From the IMG/VR virus record IMGVR_UViG_3300042934_000398, positions 1 to 64,000 of that record: a stretch of DNA of 64,000 bases. One strand, given 5' to 3'. A model generated the notes under the pieces. It did no database searches and was not told the origin of the DNA. It worked only from the letters and a program-made list of their open reading frames with translations. This stretch comes from a virus. The translations under genes were made by a program, and so were the position numbers. Below, in pieces: positions 39,218 through 48,795 of the stretch. How positions within the stretch are numbered: position 1 is the stretch's first letter; each line of letters opens with the position of its first letter.

Positions 39218-40405
39218 ATATATAAAACAAAAATAATACCAGTTAAGTGTAGCAAAACTGATTATCATTATTTATTGAGACTGAACAAATTGTCAGCCGA
39301 AGTTTGGAATTATTGCGTGAAGATTGATAAAGAATATTATACAAATAATAAAAAATATATGGATATGAGAACTATACAAACAGCAGTTAAGTGTTATAAC
39401 AATCTTCACGCAAAAGGAATTTACTATGTTTATAGAAAGTATATGTTTGCAAGAGATTCAATGTTTAGGTCAATTAAAGCAAAGCATGATACAAGCAATA
39501 AAGTAAAATTACCTTATAAGAAAAAGAAGTATTTTAATACAGGTTGGGATTATCAAAGTATTAAATATGATTTTGAGAAAGGATTGATAAAATTATCAAG
39601 ACCAATATCGCATGATGAAAATGGTAAGAAAATAAACAATCCACCTGTCAAATGTTATACAAAAAACATTCCACAAGATATTAAAGAGATTGAATTGGTA
39701 TATCGTAATGGATTATATTTAGTAATTAAATATAAGGAAGAAGATATACAACAATTAATTCAATCCAATAATTCAGCGGCTATTGATCTTGGAGAAATAC
39801 ATAGCATTACATCTATAGATAATAATGGACATGCAATAATTATTACTGGAAGAAAATTAAGAAGTATCAAGAGGTTAAGAGATAAAGAACAAGGTAAATT
39901 AAGAAGTAAAATGTCGAAATGTAAAAAGCATAGTAAACAATATAAGACATATAGAAATGCATTATGGAATTTAAAGTATAAGACAGAAAGGCAGATATTT
40001 GACTGTGTTCATAAGATATCAAAATTATATCTCGATTACTGCTTAGAGAATAATATTTCTAAAGTTTACTATGGTGATTTAGACAACTGCACTCGAAATT
40101 CATCTGAAAAGATTGGTAAAATGGTTGGTCAGAAATTAAACGAATGGAACTATGGAGAACTCACTTTACAGCTACGAAACAAATTGGAACGATATGGAAT
40201 AGAAATGATAAAAGTAAGTGAAGCATATAGTTCTCAGACCTGTCCTCATTGTGGAAAGCGTCACAAGCCAAATTCTCGTAACTATGATTATAGGTGTGGT
40301 TATCATCAGCACAGAGATTTGGTAGGAGCAATAAACATTCTTAATTTCAATGAAGACATTAAACAAGAATATCATACAAGTTTTAAGTATCTACGGATAG
40401 AGTAA
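39218..40405 (+). CDS. tnpB: TnpB (IS200/IS605 OrfB) RNA-guided nuclease homolog, probable ATA start
   Basis: AIDLG (RuvC-I), YYGDL, EAYSSQTCPHCG, HRDLVGAINI; no tnpA nearby. Confidence 0.85.
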   Translation: MYKTKIIPVKCSKTDYHYLLRLNKLSAEVWNYCVKIDKEYYTNNKKYMDMRTIQTAVKCYNNLHAKGIYYVYRKYMFARDSMFRSIKAKHDTSNKVKLPYKKKKYFNTGWDYQSIKYDFEKGLIKLSRPISHDENGKKINNPPVKCYTKNIPQDIKEIELVYRNGLYLVIKYKEEDIQQLIQSNNSAAIDLGEIHSITSIDNNGHAIIITGRKLRSIKRLRDKEQGKLRSKMSKCKKHSKQYKTYRNALWNLKYKTERQIFDCVHKISKLYLDYCLENNISKVYYGDLDNCTRNSSEKIGKMVGQKLNEWNYGELTLQLRNKLERYGIEMIKVSEAYSSQTCPHCGKRHKPNSRNYDYRCGYHQHRDLVGAINILNFNEDIKQEYHTSFKYLRIE

Positions 40406-40486
40406 TCTAAAGTAGTAGATGGCTAGGTTGGAGTCCTAAGTAGTCCGTTGTAATTTGACGAGAAATTTTCAGTAATGAAAAAGCCA
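40381..40486 (+). ncRNA. Putative omegaRNA/right-end scaffold of TnpB
   Basis: Hairpins TATCTAC/GTAGATG, TAGA/TCTA and TAGG/CCTA overlap and follow the stop codon. Confidence 0.4.
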
Positions 40487-40533
40487 ACCAAATATAATTT
40501 TGATTTGATTAGAAGAAATGAGGTGATTTTACG

Positions 40534-40944
40534 ATATTTTATTGTCCAAAATGCAAGAAGTTAGATATTAATTTTAAAATGAATTCAGACATTCCACATG
40601 TAGTAAACATCAGAGATGGTTACGGACACCCTCTTTATCATATGAAGTGTGAATGTGGAAATTATCTATCAGCAGGAATCCATTTTACAAAGGAAGAAGT
40701 AGAAAAGGATTCTGGTTTACTTGATTATATTAAAGAGGTTATCACTGGTTATAACAAAGATGGATGTTTTTATATGGATGGCTATTATAAATATGTGGAA
40801 GATAGAATAAACAAGATAGAACAACGAAATAAAGAAGTATTAGAAGAACGAGCAAGAATTTCTGTTATGAGTGAATTAGAAAAGAAAGAATATTTTGAAA
40901 AGAAATATGAAGAAATGATGAAACGGCTAGGAGAGGAGAAATAA
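40534..40944 (+). CDS. Zn-ribbon protein, probable ATA start
   Basis: Frame extends upstream to IFYCPKCKK after GAGGTG SD; also CECG. Confidence 0.55.
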   Translation: MFYCPKCKKLDINFKMNSDIPHVVNIRDGYGHPLYHMKCECGNYLSAGIHFTKEEVEKDSGLLDYIKEVITGYNKDGCFYMDGYYKYVEDRINKIEQRNKEVLEERARISVMSELEKKEYFEKKYEEMMKRLGEEK

Positions 40945-40945
40945 T

Positions 40946-41242
40946 ATGGAAAGATTAACTAAGATTACGACAAGTGGATTTGATAATAAGAAAGTTGACA
41001 CAGAAGATTATAGCGTATATGAATTATTACAAATGGTATTAGGCAAGTTGGCAGCATATGAAGATACAAATTTAATGCCTGATGAAGTGGAAGAACTACA
41101 AGGACGAATTGAACATTTGCAAAAATTCTATGATTACTTTTGCGAATTATATGGTACAGGTTTAGATGTCGCTAACTGGCATTTAAATGGAGATCTAGAA
41201 CCGTTTGATAACTTTTTCGATAGTGCGGAAGAGTCAGAATAA
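40946..41242 (+). CDS. Phage protein
   Basis: MERLT...KLAAYEDT. Confidence 0.7.
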   Translation: MERLTKITTSGFDNKKVDTEDYSVYELLQMVLGKLAAYEDTNLMPDEVEELQGRIEHLQKFYDYFCELYGTGLDVANWHLNGDLEPFDNFFDSAEESE

Positions 41243-41285
41243 ATGTGACATTTTATTATGATATTTAATAAGAAAAGGAGATAAT

Positions 41286-41777
41286 ATGAGACAAATAAGA
41301 AGAAATGTATTTGAAACAAATTCAAGCAGCACACATAGTATTTGTATTACCAGTAGAGATAAGTTATTAAATATTCCTAAATCAATCCACTTTAGATTAG
41401 GTGAATTTGGATTGGAATGTGAAAATTATCATGATAGCTCATCTAAAGCAGAGTATCTATATACAGCAATTATGTGTTGTGAAAGAACAAAACTATTAGA
41501 AAAGATTAAAGAATACTTAGATAAAAATGGAGTTGAGTATTCGTTTGATGAACCAAGATATTATACAGGAACATATGGCACATGGATTGATAACGCAAGT
41601 ATTGACCATACAGAAGATTTACCAGAAATTATTAATGATATTTGTGGCGATGAAGTTAAGTTGCTTAGATATTTATTTTCAGAAGAAAGCTTTGTTTTAA
41701 CAGGAAATGATAATGATGACGAAGATGTAGATATTAACGTTGACTATGAACATGTAGAATATTATAAAGGAAATTAG
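41286..41777 (+). CDS. TNSSS-motif protein A
   Basis: MRQIRRNVFETNSSSTHSICI. Confidence 0.75.
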   Translation: MRQIRRNVFETNSSSTHSICITSRDKLLNIPKSIHFRLGEFGLECENYHDSSSKAEYLYTAIMCCERTKLLEKIKEYLDKNGVEYSFDEPRYYTGTYGTWIDNASIDHTEDLPEIINDICGDEVKLLRYLFSEESFVLTGNDNDDEDVDINVDYEHVEYYKGN

Positions 41778-41790
41778 GAGGATAAATAAT

Positions 41791-42177
41791 ATGAAACAGA
41801 TTAGACGTGGAGTTTTTGAAACAAATAGTAGTAGTACTCATTCAATTACAATGTGTTTAAAATCCGATTATGATAGATGGGTAAAAGGTGAGATTCTTTT
41901 ATTTAAAGGAAGCGGATGGTCATTTGAAGAAGGATATAAACCACAAAAGAATAATTTTTATACAAGAGCTGAAGCCATTGAGTTTATGAAACATGATAAG
42001 TATTGTTCTAATGATACTAATTGGGACGACAACGATGCGGTAGATGAAATACTTAGAGAAAATGAGTTTGTAGATTCTGATTATGAAAATGACGAATTAG
42101 AATGGTACGAAGAAACATACATCACACCATCAGGAGAAGAAGTAATTGCTTTTGGTGAATACGGATATCAGGGTTAA
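41791..42177 (+). CDS. TNSSS-motif protein B
   Basis: MKQIRRGVFETNSSSTHSITM. Confidence 0.75.
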   Translation: MKQIRRGVFETNSSSTHSITMCLKSDYDRWVKGEILLFKGSGWSFEEGYKPQKNNFYTRAEAIEFMKHDKYCSNDTNWDDNDAVDEILRENEFVDSDYENDELEWYEETYITPSGEEVIAFGEYGYQG

Positions 42178-42191
42178 GAGGAGAGAATAAT

Positions 42192-43091
42192 ATGAGACAA
42201 TTGGGAATGTACATAAACGGTAATTATAAAGTAAAGATATTTAGTGATGGAACAAAGGTAAGAGAAACAAATGAAAATGAGTTTATCGCTGCATTCCCTG
42301 AGAATATGGATGTAAAGATAACAAATCAATGTGATATGGGATGCATCTTCTGTCATGAAGATAGTAAGATTGATGGAAAACATGGAGATATTCTTAATCA
42401 AATATTTATTAATACTTTGCACCCATATACTGAAATGGCAATAGGTGGTGGTAATCCATTATCTCATCCAGACTTAATTCCTTTCTTAGAGAAGCTAAAA
42501 GTGAAGAAGATTATTGCAAACATTACAGTTAATCAAGTTCATTTTGAAACTAGTCAAGAATTAATTAAGAAGTTGGTTAATGAAAAGTTGATTTATGGAC
42601 TAGGTGTGTCTCTTGTAGATGCTTCAAAAGGATTTGTAGAGTTGATTAAGCAATATGATAATGCTGTAATTCATGTTATTAATGGAGTTTTGAAACCTTC
42701 TGATATTGAAGTTTTAAAAGACAATGATTTAAAAATGCTTATTCTTGGATACAAACACTTTAGAAGAGGTATTAGTTGGTATGAAGTAAGACAGGACGAT
42801 ATTACAACAAAACAGGAATGGCTATATAAAAATCTAGCAGAAATCACAAAGCAGTTTAAAGTAGTTAGTTTCGATAATCTAGCGATTGAGCAACTTAATG
42901 TAAAAAGATTGATGAGCGAGAAAGATTGGAATGAGTTTTATATGGGAGATGACGGCATGTACACCATGTATGTTGATCTTGTTAATCAGAATTTTGCTAG
43001 ATGTTCAGTGGCAGAAAAAAGATATGGGTTACTAGATAATATTGAAGATATGTTTAACATAGTTAGAGATGAAAAACTGGCAATGAAATAG
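42192..43091 (+). CDS. Radical SAM enzyme
   Basis: ITNQCDMGCIFCHE (CxxxCxxC), GGGNPLSHP. Confidence 0.9.
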   Translation: MRQLGMYINGNYKVKIFSDGTKVRETNENEFIAAFPENMDVKITNQCDMGCIFCHEDSKIDGKHGDILNQIFINTLHPYTEMAIGGGNPLSHPDLIPFLEKLKVKKIIANITVNQVHFETSQELIKKLVNEKLIYGLGVSLVDASKGFVELIKQYDNAVIHVINGVLKPSDIEVLKDNDLKMLILGYKHFRRGISWYEVRQDDITTKQEWLYKNLAEITKQFKVVSFDNLAIEQLNVKRLMSEKDWNEFYMGDDGMYTMYVDLVNQNFARCSVAEKRYGLLDNIEDMFNIVRDEKLAMK

Positions 43092-43567
43092 AAAACTTAT
43101 TTGCTTTTGGAAAGGAAGATATATGACCATTAAAGATTTATATGTTTATGCTCAAGAACGAGGTATTGAAAACTGCGAAGTAGAAATTCAATATGCTGAT
43201 GGCGGTGGATGTTATCATGGTACAAGAGATTTAAATGAGCACGATATAGAAGTAAAAGAAGAAAGTTATGGTAAGATAGTTGTTTTGTAAAAATAGAATA
43301 AATTCGATATTCGATTAAGAAAGGAGAGTTATTATAATGGAAAATGATAAATGTGTATTCTTTAGTAAAGATGATTTCAGTGAAGAATCATGGGAAATAC
43401 TTTGTTCAGAGTTTGAAGTAGATTCAGAACAATCAAGTTTTTGTGGACATATTATTGTAGAGGAAGATGATTCATTTGACTTGGATGATGACGATGATGA
43501 AGAGTAATAAATAATATTAGACAACAAAACAAGTGATTGATGTTCTTATTGGAAAGGAGGAGTTGCC

Positions 43568-43810
43568 ATGATGTCGTCATCTTTTACAGCAGGTGGTAGG
43601 TTATTTTGCTCTTATTGCGGCAAAGAAATGCTTAATTGTAAGTGTAATTGTGAAAAAGCTAAAAAGGATATCGAAATTCAAAACGATATATTTATAAGTC
43701 AAGAAAATTTAAGAATTTTAATTTCAGAGAGACTTTCGGAAAAAGATATTAGAAAAATACAGATTGAAGAAGATATTAAAGCATTAAATAATGAACTTAA
43801 ATCATTATAA
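43568..43810 (+). CDS. Hypothetical protein
   Basis: AAGGAGG SD; CSYC. Confidence 0.6.
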   Translation: MMSSSFTAGGRLFCSYCGKEMLNCKCNCEKAKKDIEIQNDIFISQENLRILISERLSEKDIRKIQIEEDIKALNNELKSL

Positions 43811-43848
43811 ATTGAGCCTTTTATCGACTTTGGAAAGGAGTAATTAAA

Positions 43849-44115
43849 ATGTGTACTGAGAAACAAAATGGTTATCAACCAACAAATAAAGTATCAGGAT
43901 GTGTACCACCTTCAAATGGTTCAGTTTTTGATGTTAATTCAGACGATAAGACATGTGACAATTGTATCAAATCTGACGTTTGTAATATAAAAGAAGATAT
44001 AATCAAATCGACTGAAGATATCTTTAAAATTGTTAATAGTATAGAGGATAAAATAAAAGTTTCTATTTCTTGTAATAAGTTTGCAGCAAAAAATAAATAT
44101 ACAGGAATAAGATAA
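43849..44115 (+). CDS. Hypothetical protein
   Basis: AAAGGAG SD. Confidence 0.6.
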   Translation: MCTEKQNGYQPTNKVSGCVPPSNGSVFDVNSDDKTCDNCIKSDVCNIKEDIIKSTEDIFKIVNSIEDKIKVSISCNKFAAKNKYTGIR

Positions 44116-44141
44116 AGTTTACTAATTTTCAAATTAAATAC

Positions 44142-44189
44142 AAATAATATCAAACAAGTATTGACAATATATAAATAATAATATACAAT
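44142..44189 (+). promoter_or_regulatory. Sigma-A promoter with two operator motifs
   Basis: Motif at 44142; TTGACA at 44161; second motif at 44173-44187 overlapping the -10 TACAAT. Confidence 0.65.
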
Positions 44190-44223
44190 AAACAAGTAGC
44201 AAGCGATTGGTTAGTTTTGGAAG

Positions 44224-44505
44224 GTGGTGAGAGATATAACAAGGAGCAGATTACCTACATATAAACAAATTGAAAAGATGATAGACGAAGAGATAATTAA
44301 GAATCCAATTTCAGATACAAATGGTATTAATCCTGTAGTATTTGAACCAAACAAAAAATATACTCACTTAATTAAACTTGATTATGAGAAGAAATTGGAT
44401 AGCATTGAAATTATTAGTTCAGAAATAAGACGAGCAGTATTTGAAGAATATTTTAATGCATGTATCAAAGTAATAGGAGAAATGAATCAGTTAATAAAAC
44501 ATTAA
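44224..44505 (+). CDS. Hypothetical protein
   Basis: ORF after the promoter. Confidence 0.55.
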   Translation: MVRDITRSRLPTYKQIEKMIDEEIIKNPISDTNGINPVVFEPNKKYTHLIKLDYEKKLDSIEIISSEIRRAVFEEYFNACIKVIGEMNQLIKH

Positions 44506-44550
44506 ATATAAATAATAATAAACATATAAAAGAAAAGGAGAATACATATT

Positions 44551-44811
44551 ATGATTATTACAGTAACAAATCCATTCAAATCAATGTATATTGAAGATGC
44601 AGAAGGTTCTTTAAGAATTGATGAAGGTATGAAGATTAAATTCGTAGCAGAAACAGGTGAAGTAATTAGTGGTACATTAACTAAGATTTCTGGCAAAGGT
44701 GAGAAAACAAAATTACAGATTATTCCTTATGGAGCACAGAAAGAAGAAATTTGGGCATTGACTGTTATGCAAGAGTCATCACTAGGTATAGATGAGGATG
44801 TTTGTGATTGA
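44551..44811 (+). CDS. Hypothetical protein
   Basis: AAGGAG SD. Confidence 0.65.
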   Translation: MIITVTNPFKSMYIEDAEGSLRIDEGMKIKFVAETGEVISGTLTKISGKGEKTKLQIIPYGAQKEEIWALTVMQESSLGIDEDVCD

Positions 44812-46223
44812 GAAAAACGTTCTTAGATGATTTACCTGTAAATTATAAGGGAATAGATTGGACTCATTGTTTGGGATATGAAATTAATTTTATATATGAC
44901 GATATAATAGGAATAATTAAAATTATTAAGTATAACAAAGATAAGCAAACTTTAATAGTAAAATACAAAGATAAAATAAAACTAATAAAATGTAATAGTT
45001 TAAAAAACGCTTATTTAGCAAATGTTATTGGAAAACAATCTAAATGGTTTAAGCTTGAAATTAGTACAAAAATCAAAGATAACAAGCGTAATTTAACTAT
45101 ATTAGATCAAGAATATCGCCGAGATAGTAAAGAACGGAAATGGAAATGGTATAGATATAAGTGCAATGTATGTGGTTGGGATAATGGATGGATTGAAGAA
45201 AATCGTTTATTATCAGGAAAAGGATGTTCATGTTGCGATGGCAAGACTGTTGTTGAAGGAATTAATGACATCCCAACTACTGCTCCATGGATGATTCCAT
45301 ATTTCAAATGTGGTTATGATGAAGCGAAGTTATATACACGTCGATCACAGCAAAGAATATATCCTATTTGTCCTGATTGTGGAAGAGTAAAACAAAATAG
45401 TATACAAATATATTCGATTTATGAAAATCATTCAATAGGATGCATCTGTAGAGATGGTATATCATATCCAAATAAATTAATTTATTATGTTATAGAACAA
45501 TGCAAAAATCAATTTTATTCTTATGTAAGAGAATATAGTCCAGAATGGGCGATGGGTAAATTTTATGATTTATACTTAAAAACATTAGATAATAAAGAAT
45601 ATATTATTGAAATGGATGGTGCTATAGGTCATGGTAATAAAATATTACCTAATTCAGAGATTACATTACAAGAAAGCATAGAAATAGATAATTTAAAAAA
45701 TAGCTTAGCCAATGAACATAAAATTGATATAATCAGAGTTGATTGTATACAAAGTGATTTAGAATACATAAAAAATAATATTTTAAATAGTAGAATTAAT
45801 AATATCCTAGATTTATCAAGTGTTAATTGGAAACAATGTGATGAAATGGCAACAAAAAGTTTGGTTAAAATAGTATGTAATATTTACAGTAAAAACACAT
45901 TATTATCGACGGCAGATATTTCAGATATGGTAGGTATTCATCAAAGCACTGTGAGAGTATATTTGATTAAAGGTACAAAATTTGGTTGGTGCAAATATAA
46001 TCCTGAAGAAGTCACAAATAAAAATCACATAAAAATTTGGGATAATAATCGTAAAAAAGTTATATGCACAACAACAAATAAAAAATTTAATTCAATAATA
46101 GAAGCGTCAAAATATTATGGATTAAAATCTTCATCTGGCATAGGTGAATGTTGTAATAAAAAAATAAAGTCAGCTGGAAAATTGCCTGACGGAACAAAGC
46201 TACAATGGGAATATATTAGATAA
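44808..46223 (+). CDS. Putative homing endonuclease (Zn fingers, PD-(D/E)xK-like core, IENR1/NUMOD-like tail)
   Basis: CNVC/CSCC/CPDC, YDLY...IIEMDG, KKVICTTTNKKFNSIIEASKYY. Confidence 0.7.
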   Translation: MRKTFLDDLPVNYKGIDWTHCLGYEINFIYDDIIGIIKIIKYNKDKQTLIVKYKDKIKLIKCNSLKNAYLANVIGKQSKWFKLEISTKIKDNKRNLTILDQEYRRDSKERKWKWYRYKCNVCGWDNGWIEENRLLSGKGCSCCDGKTVVEGINDIPTTAPWMIPYFKCGYDEAKLYTRRSQQRIYPICPDCGRVKQNSIQIYSIYENHSIGCICRDGISYPNKLIYYVIEQCKNQFYSYVREYSPEWAMGKFYDLYLKTLDNKEYIIEMDGAIGHGNKILPNSEITLQESIEIDNLKNSLANEHKIDIIRVDCIQSDLEYIKNNILNSRINNILDLSSVNWKQCDEMATKSLVKIVCNIYSKNTLLSTADISDMVGIHQSTVRVYLIKGTKFGWCKYNPEEVTNKNHIKIWDNNRKKVICTTTNKKFNSIIEASKYYGLKSSSGIGECCNKKIKSAGKLPDGTKLQWEYIR

Positions 46224-46258
46224 GCAGACCAATGATGCTTTTTATTGGGATTTAGGAG

Positions 46259-46708
46259 GTGAGACAAATGAAATTAAAGGATAAAATTAGGCATAAACTA
46301 ATAAAGTTTCTATTGATAGACGAGGTAGAAAAAAATTGTATTGAAGAAACTAAAAACGTCAAAAGAGAATTAGATAAAGAAATACTTCATTTAAATAGTG
46401 GATGCGATAATTTATTTCAGTCTATAAGGCAAATAGATGCAAATGTTAAAAATAATAAAGAATCAATAGATATATTACATAATACAATCAGAAATGTAGT
46501 TTCGGTAGGAGCAGATGTAATTCCATATGAAAATAATAGAAGTTGGGCGGTAGTTTGTATAGAAGGAAATTATAATCTTGTCAAATTTATTGATTTACAT
46601 GGTGCAGACTATAGGCAGATTTTAAACTTTCTCAAACAATATGAAGGTTCAAGAATGGTTGTTGATGCACCTAACCCAAGATATTTTGAGAGTATGTTTA
46701 AGTTTTGA
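46259..46708 (+). CDS. Hypothetical protein
   Basis: AGGAGG SD; flanked by palindromes. Confidence 0.65.
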   Translation: MRQMKLKDKIRHKLIKFLLIDEVEKNCIEETKNVKRELDKEILHLNSGCDNLFQSIRQIDANVKNNKESIDILHNTIRNVVSVGADVIPYENNRSWAVVCIEGNYNLVKFIDLHGADYRQILNFLKQYEGSRMVVDAPNPRYFESMFKF

Positions 46709-46758
46709 TAAAAGTTGTATTTTATTGTAAATAATATAAATCATAGGAGGTGAAATAA

Positions 46759-46986
46759 ATGAGTAATAGTAGTTCAAAAAGTAGTAGTGGAATGGGAGTA
46801 TTGGGAGTATTGCAGATAGTATTTATTGTTTTAAAGTTATGTGGAGTTATTAAATGGTCATGGTTAACTGTATTTATTCCGCTTTGGATTGAATTAGCTT
46901 TAGTAGCAATTGTATTAATTATTATTGCAATAGCTGGTAAATCAGTTGGTGGAAGGAAGAATAGGAGCAATAAAATCAAATGGTAG
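46759..46986 (+). CDS. Small membrane protein
   Basis: LQIVFIVLKLCGVIKWSWLTVFIPLW. Confidence 0.75.
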   Translation: MSNSSSKSSSGMGVLGVLQIVFIVLKLCGVIKWSWLTVFIPLWIELALVAIVLIIIAIAGKSVGGRKNRSNKIKW

Positions 46987-47185
46987 AATACATAGTTAAG
47001 AGTCAATTAAATCAATCACAATCAAACTTAGTAGATGCATTTAAATTAGAATGTTCTGCTTCTGATATTAAGCAAAATAAAGAAGCTAAAAGGCTTGCGA
47101 GATATATCAATAAGCATGGTAAAAGAACTGATAGGATTTGTAACATGATATCTAAGTTATGTAAATAAAATTTGGAGGAATTAAG

Positions 47186-47386
47186 ATGGGCATTTGTGAA
47201 GTGCTAACAATTATTTTTGTGATCTGTAAGTTATTAGGTGTTATTTCTTGGTCATGGTTTTTAGTATTATTACCGGAGATTATTGCAGTGGTGTTGTATG
47301 TTTTGATTTTTGTATTTCAAGTATCAATATTTAAGAAAGCTACAAAGAATTTTGATAAATTCGATGACAAATTTTTTAAGTTCTAA
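47186..47386 (+). CDS. Small membrane protein, paralog of 46759..46986
   Basis: LTIIFVICKLLGVISWSWFLVLLP. Confidence 0.75.
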   Translation: MGICEVLTIIFVICKLLGVISWSWFLVLLPEIIAVVLYVLIFVFQVSIFKKATKNFDKFDDKFFKF

Positions 47387-47601
47387 TTAAGGAGAGAGAT
47401 GATATGTTTAGGATTAACAGTCCACCTAATTACAAATAATAATAGACAACATATGGTGTATTGCAAGTAATCAACAACAATATATAGACGATAAAAGCAC
47501 ATCAATTCGGGGTTTTATTCGGTATTTATAACCACATAAATAGATAATAATAAACAAGGCAACTATTAAAAATTATAATACATAATAAGGAGAAATAAAA
47601 T

Positions 47602-48795
47602 ATGGCAAAGTATGAACGCAAGAAATTAGAAAAGAAAAATTGGACAGCAAATTTCGCATTAATCGGAGAAGCAAAAGTTAATGATTTTACATTTAAGATT
47701 GATGAAAAATCAGAAAAGTCTGATTGGGTTTACAATGTATTGAATCTCGGTGTTGACTGTGGAGAAAAACATGGTGTAGTTTACACAGAGTTGATGGGGG
47801 GATATGGTTCTGAGAGAGACAATATTCTATATGTGCATGGAAAAAAAGAAGATGGAAAAGATGATTTTGATAACAGATTTACTATTGATTGGGATGATCG
47901 TTTTGATGAAAGTGTGTTATCTGAAATCGGAGAAATGTGTTTCTTAACTGTAGGACTTGAAAAAGATAAGAAAGATAAAACATTCTACAAGAAATTCTTA
48001 TCTCCATATGATGCAATTGCATATATAAAAGAAAACCTACAAGAAGGAACAGTGTTAAATGTTAAAGGTAATTTAAAATATCAGTTATATAACGATAATG
48101 TAACTGTTAAGAAAGAAATTACAAGTATTGTACTTTCAGGAGCAGAAGATTCAAGTAAGTATCGTGCTAAATTTACACAAACTCTTCTATTAACAAAAGA
48201 TAGTCTTGACAAACCAGACAAAGATAAAGGTGTATTACCTGTATATGCAAAGGTTCTTGAGTATGTTAAAGATTACAAAGGCAAGGAAGTAAAACAGTTT
48301 ATTCCTATCACTAGATTATTTGAATATGAAGTTGACTTAACAAAAAGAGAACTTGTTGAAAAAGTCGTAGCTAAATTATTCAAAGTAAAAAAAGGTGTTA
48401 CAGAGATTACATTCGAAGGAGATTTCGTTGAGGGTGGTGCTGTGGTAACTGCGACAGAAGATGATTTGCCACAGGATATTAAGGATTTGATTGAAATTGG
48501 AGCATACACACTTGAAGAAGCACTTGCAAAATGTACTGTAGGTGGTGGCAAAGAAAGACGAATGATTCTTAGAAAACCTGTATTCAAGATGGTTGGCGAA
48601 GAAGGCAAGGAAGTTCCTGTTGTACAAAAAACAGAAGAGAAATATGCAGAAGAAGATTTAATTCTTGATTTTATGATTGAGTTTGGCGAGGAAGAAGAAG
48701 CAGAAGAAGATCAAGATGATAACAATGAAGACGATGCAGAAAATGTTGAAGAAACTTCTACAGAAGAAGATAATTCTTGGTTGGATAATCTATAA
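47602..48795 (+). CDS. Putative ssDNA-binding protein
   Basis: Heads the replication operon; very acidic tail ending WLDNL. Confidence 0.55.
   Translation: MAKYERKKLEKKNWTANFALIGEAKVNDFTFKIDEKSEKSDWVYNVLNLGVDCGEKHGVVYTELMGGYGSERDNILYVHGKKEDGKDDFDNRFTIDWDDRFDESVLSEIGEMCFLTVGLEKDKKDKTFYKKFLSPYDAIAYIKENLQEGTVLNVKGNLKYQLYNDNVTVKKEITSIVLSGAEDSSKYRAKFTQTLLLTKDSLDKPDKDKGVLPVYAKVLEYVKDYKGKEVKQFIPITRLFEYEVDLTKRELVEKVVAKLFKVKKGVTEITFEGDFVEGGAVVTATEDDLPQDIKDLIEIGAYTLEEALAKCTVGGGKERRMILRKPVFKMVGEEGKEVPVVQKTEEKYAEEDLILDFMIEFGEEEEAEEDQDDNNEDDAENVEETSTEEDNSWLDNL

Larger units (their letters stand above)
31914..47518. repeat. Gene-junction palindromes ATYAAA-N6-TTTRAT, second block
   Basis: 18-mers starting at 31914, 32115, 32516, 32789, 33062, 33361, 33725, 34210, 35335, 36170, 37955, 38741, 39173, 40487, 41239, 43088, 43298, 43524, 43807, 46228, 46708, 47501; a weak copy also at 63921. 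Confidence 0.8.

Noticed and set aside
12489-47518. Junction palindromes as intrinsic terminators or a CRISPR array
   Set aside because: Arms are short and AT-only with mismatches and no U-tract; units are whole genes of variable length, not constant repeats with spacers; no cas operon
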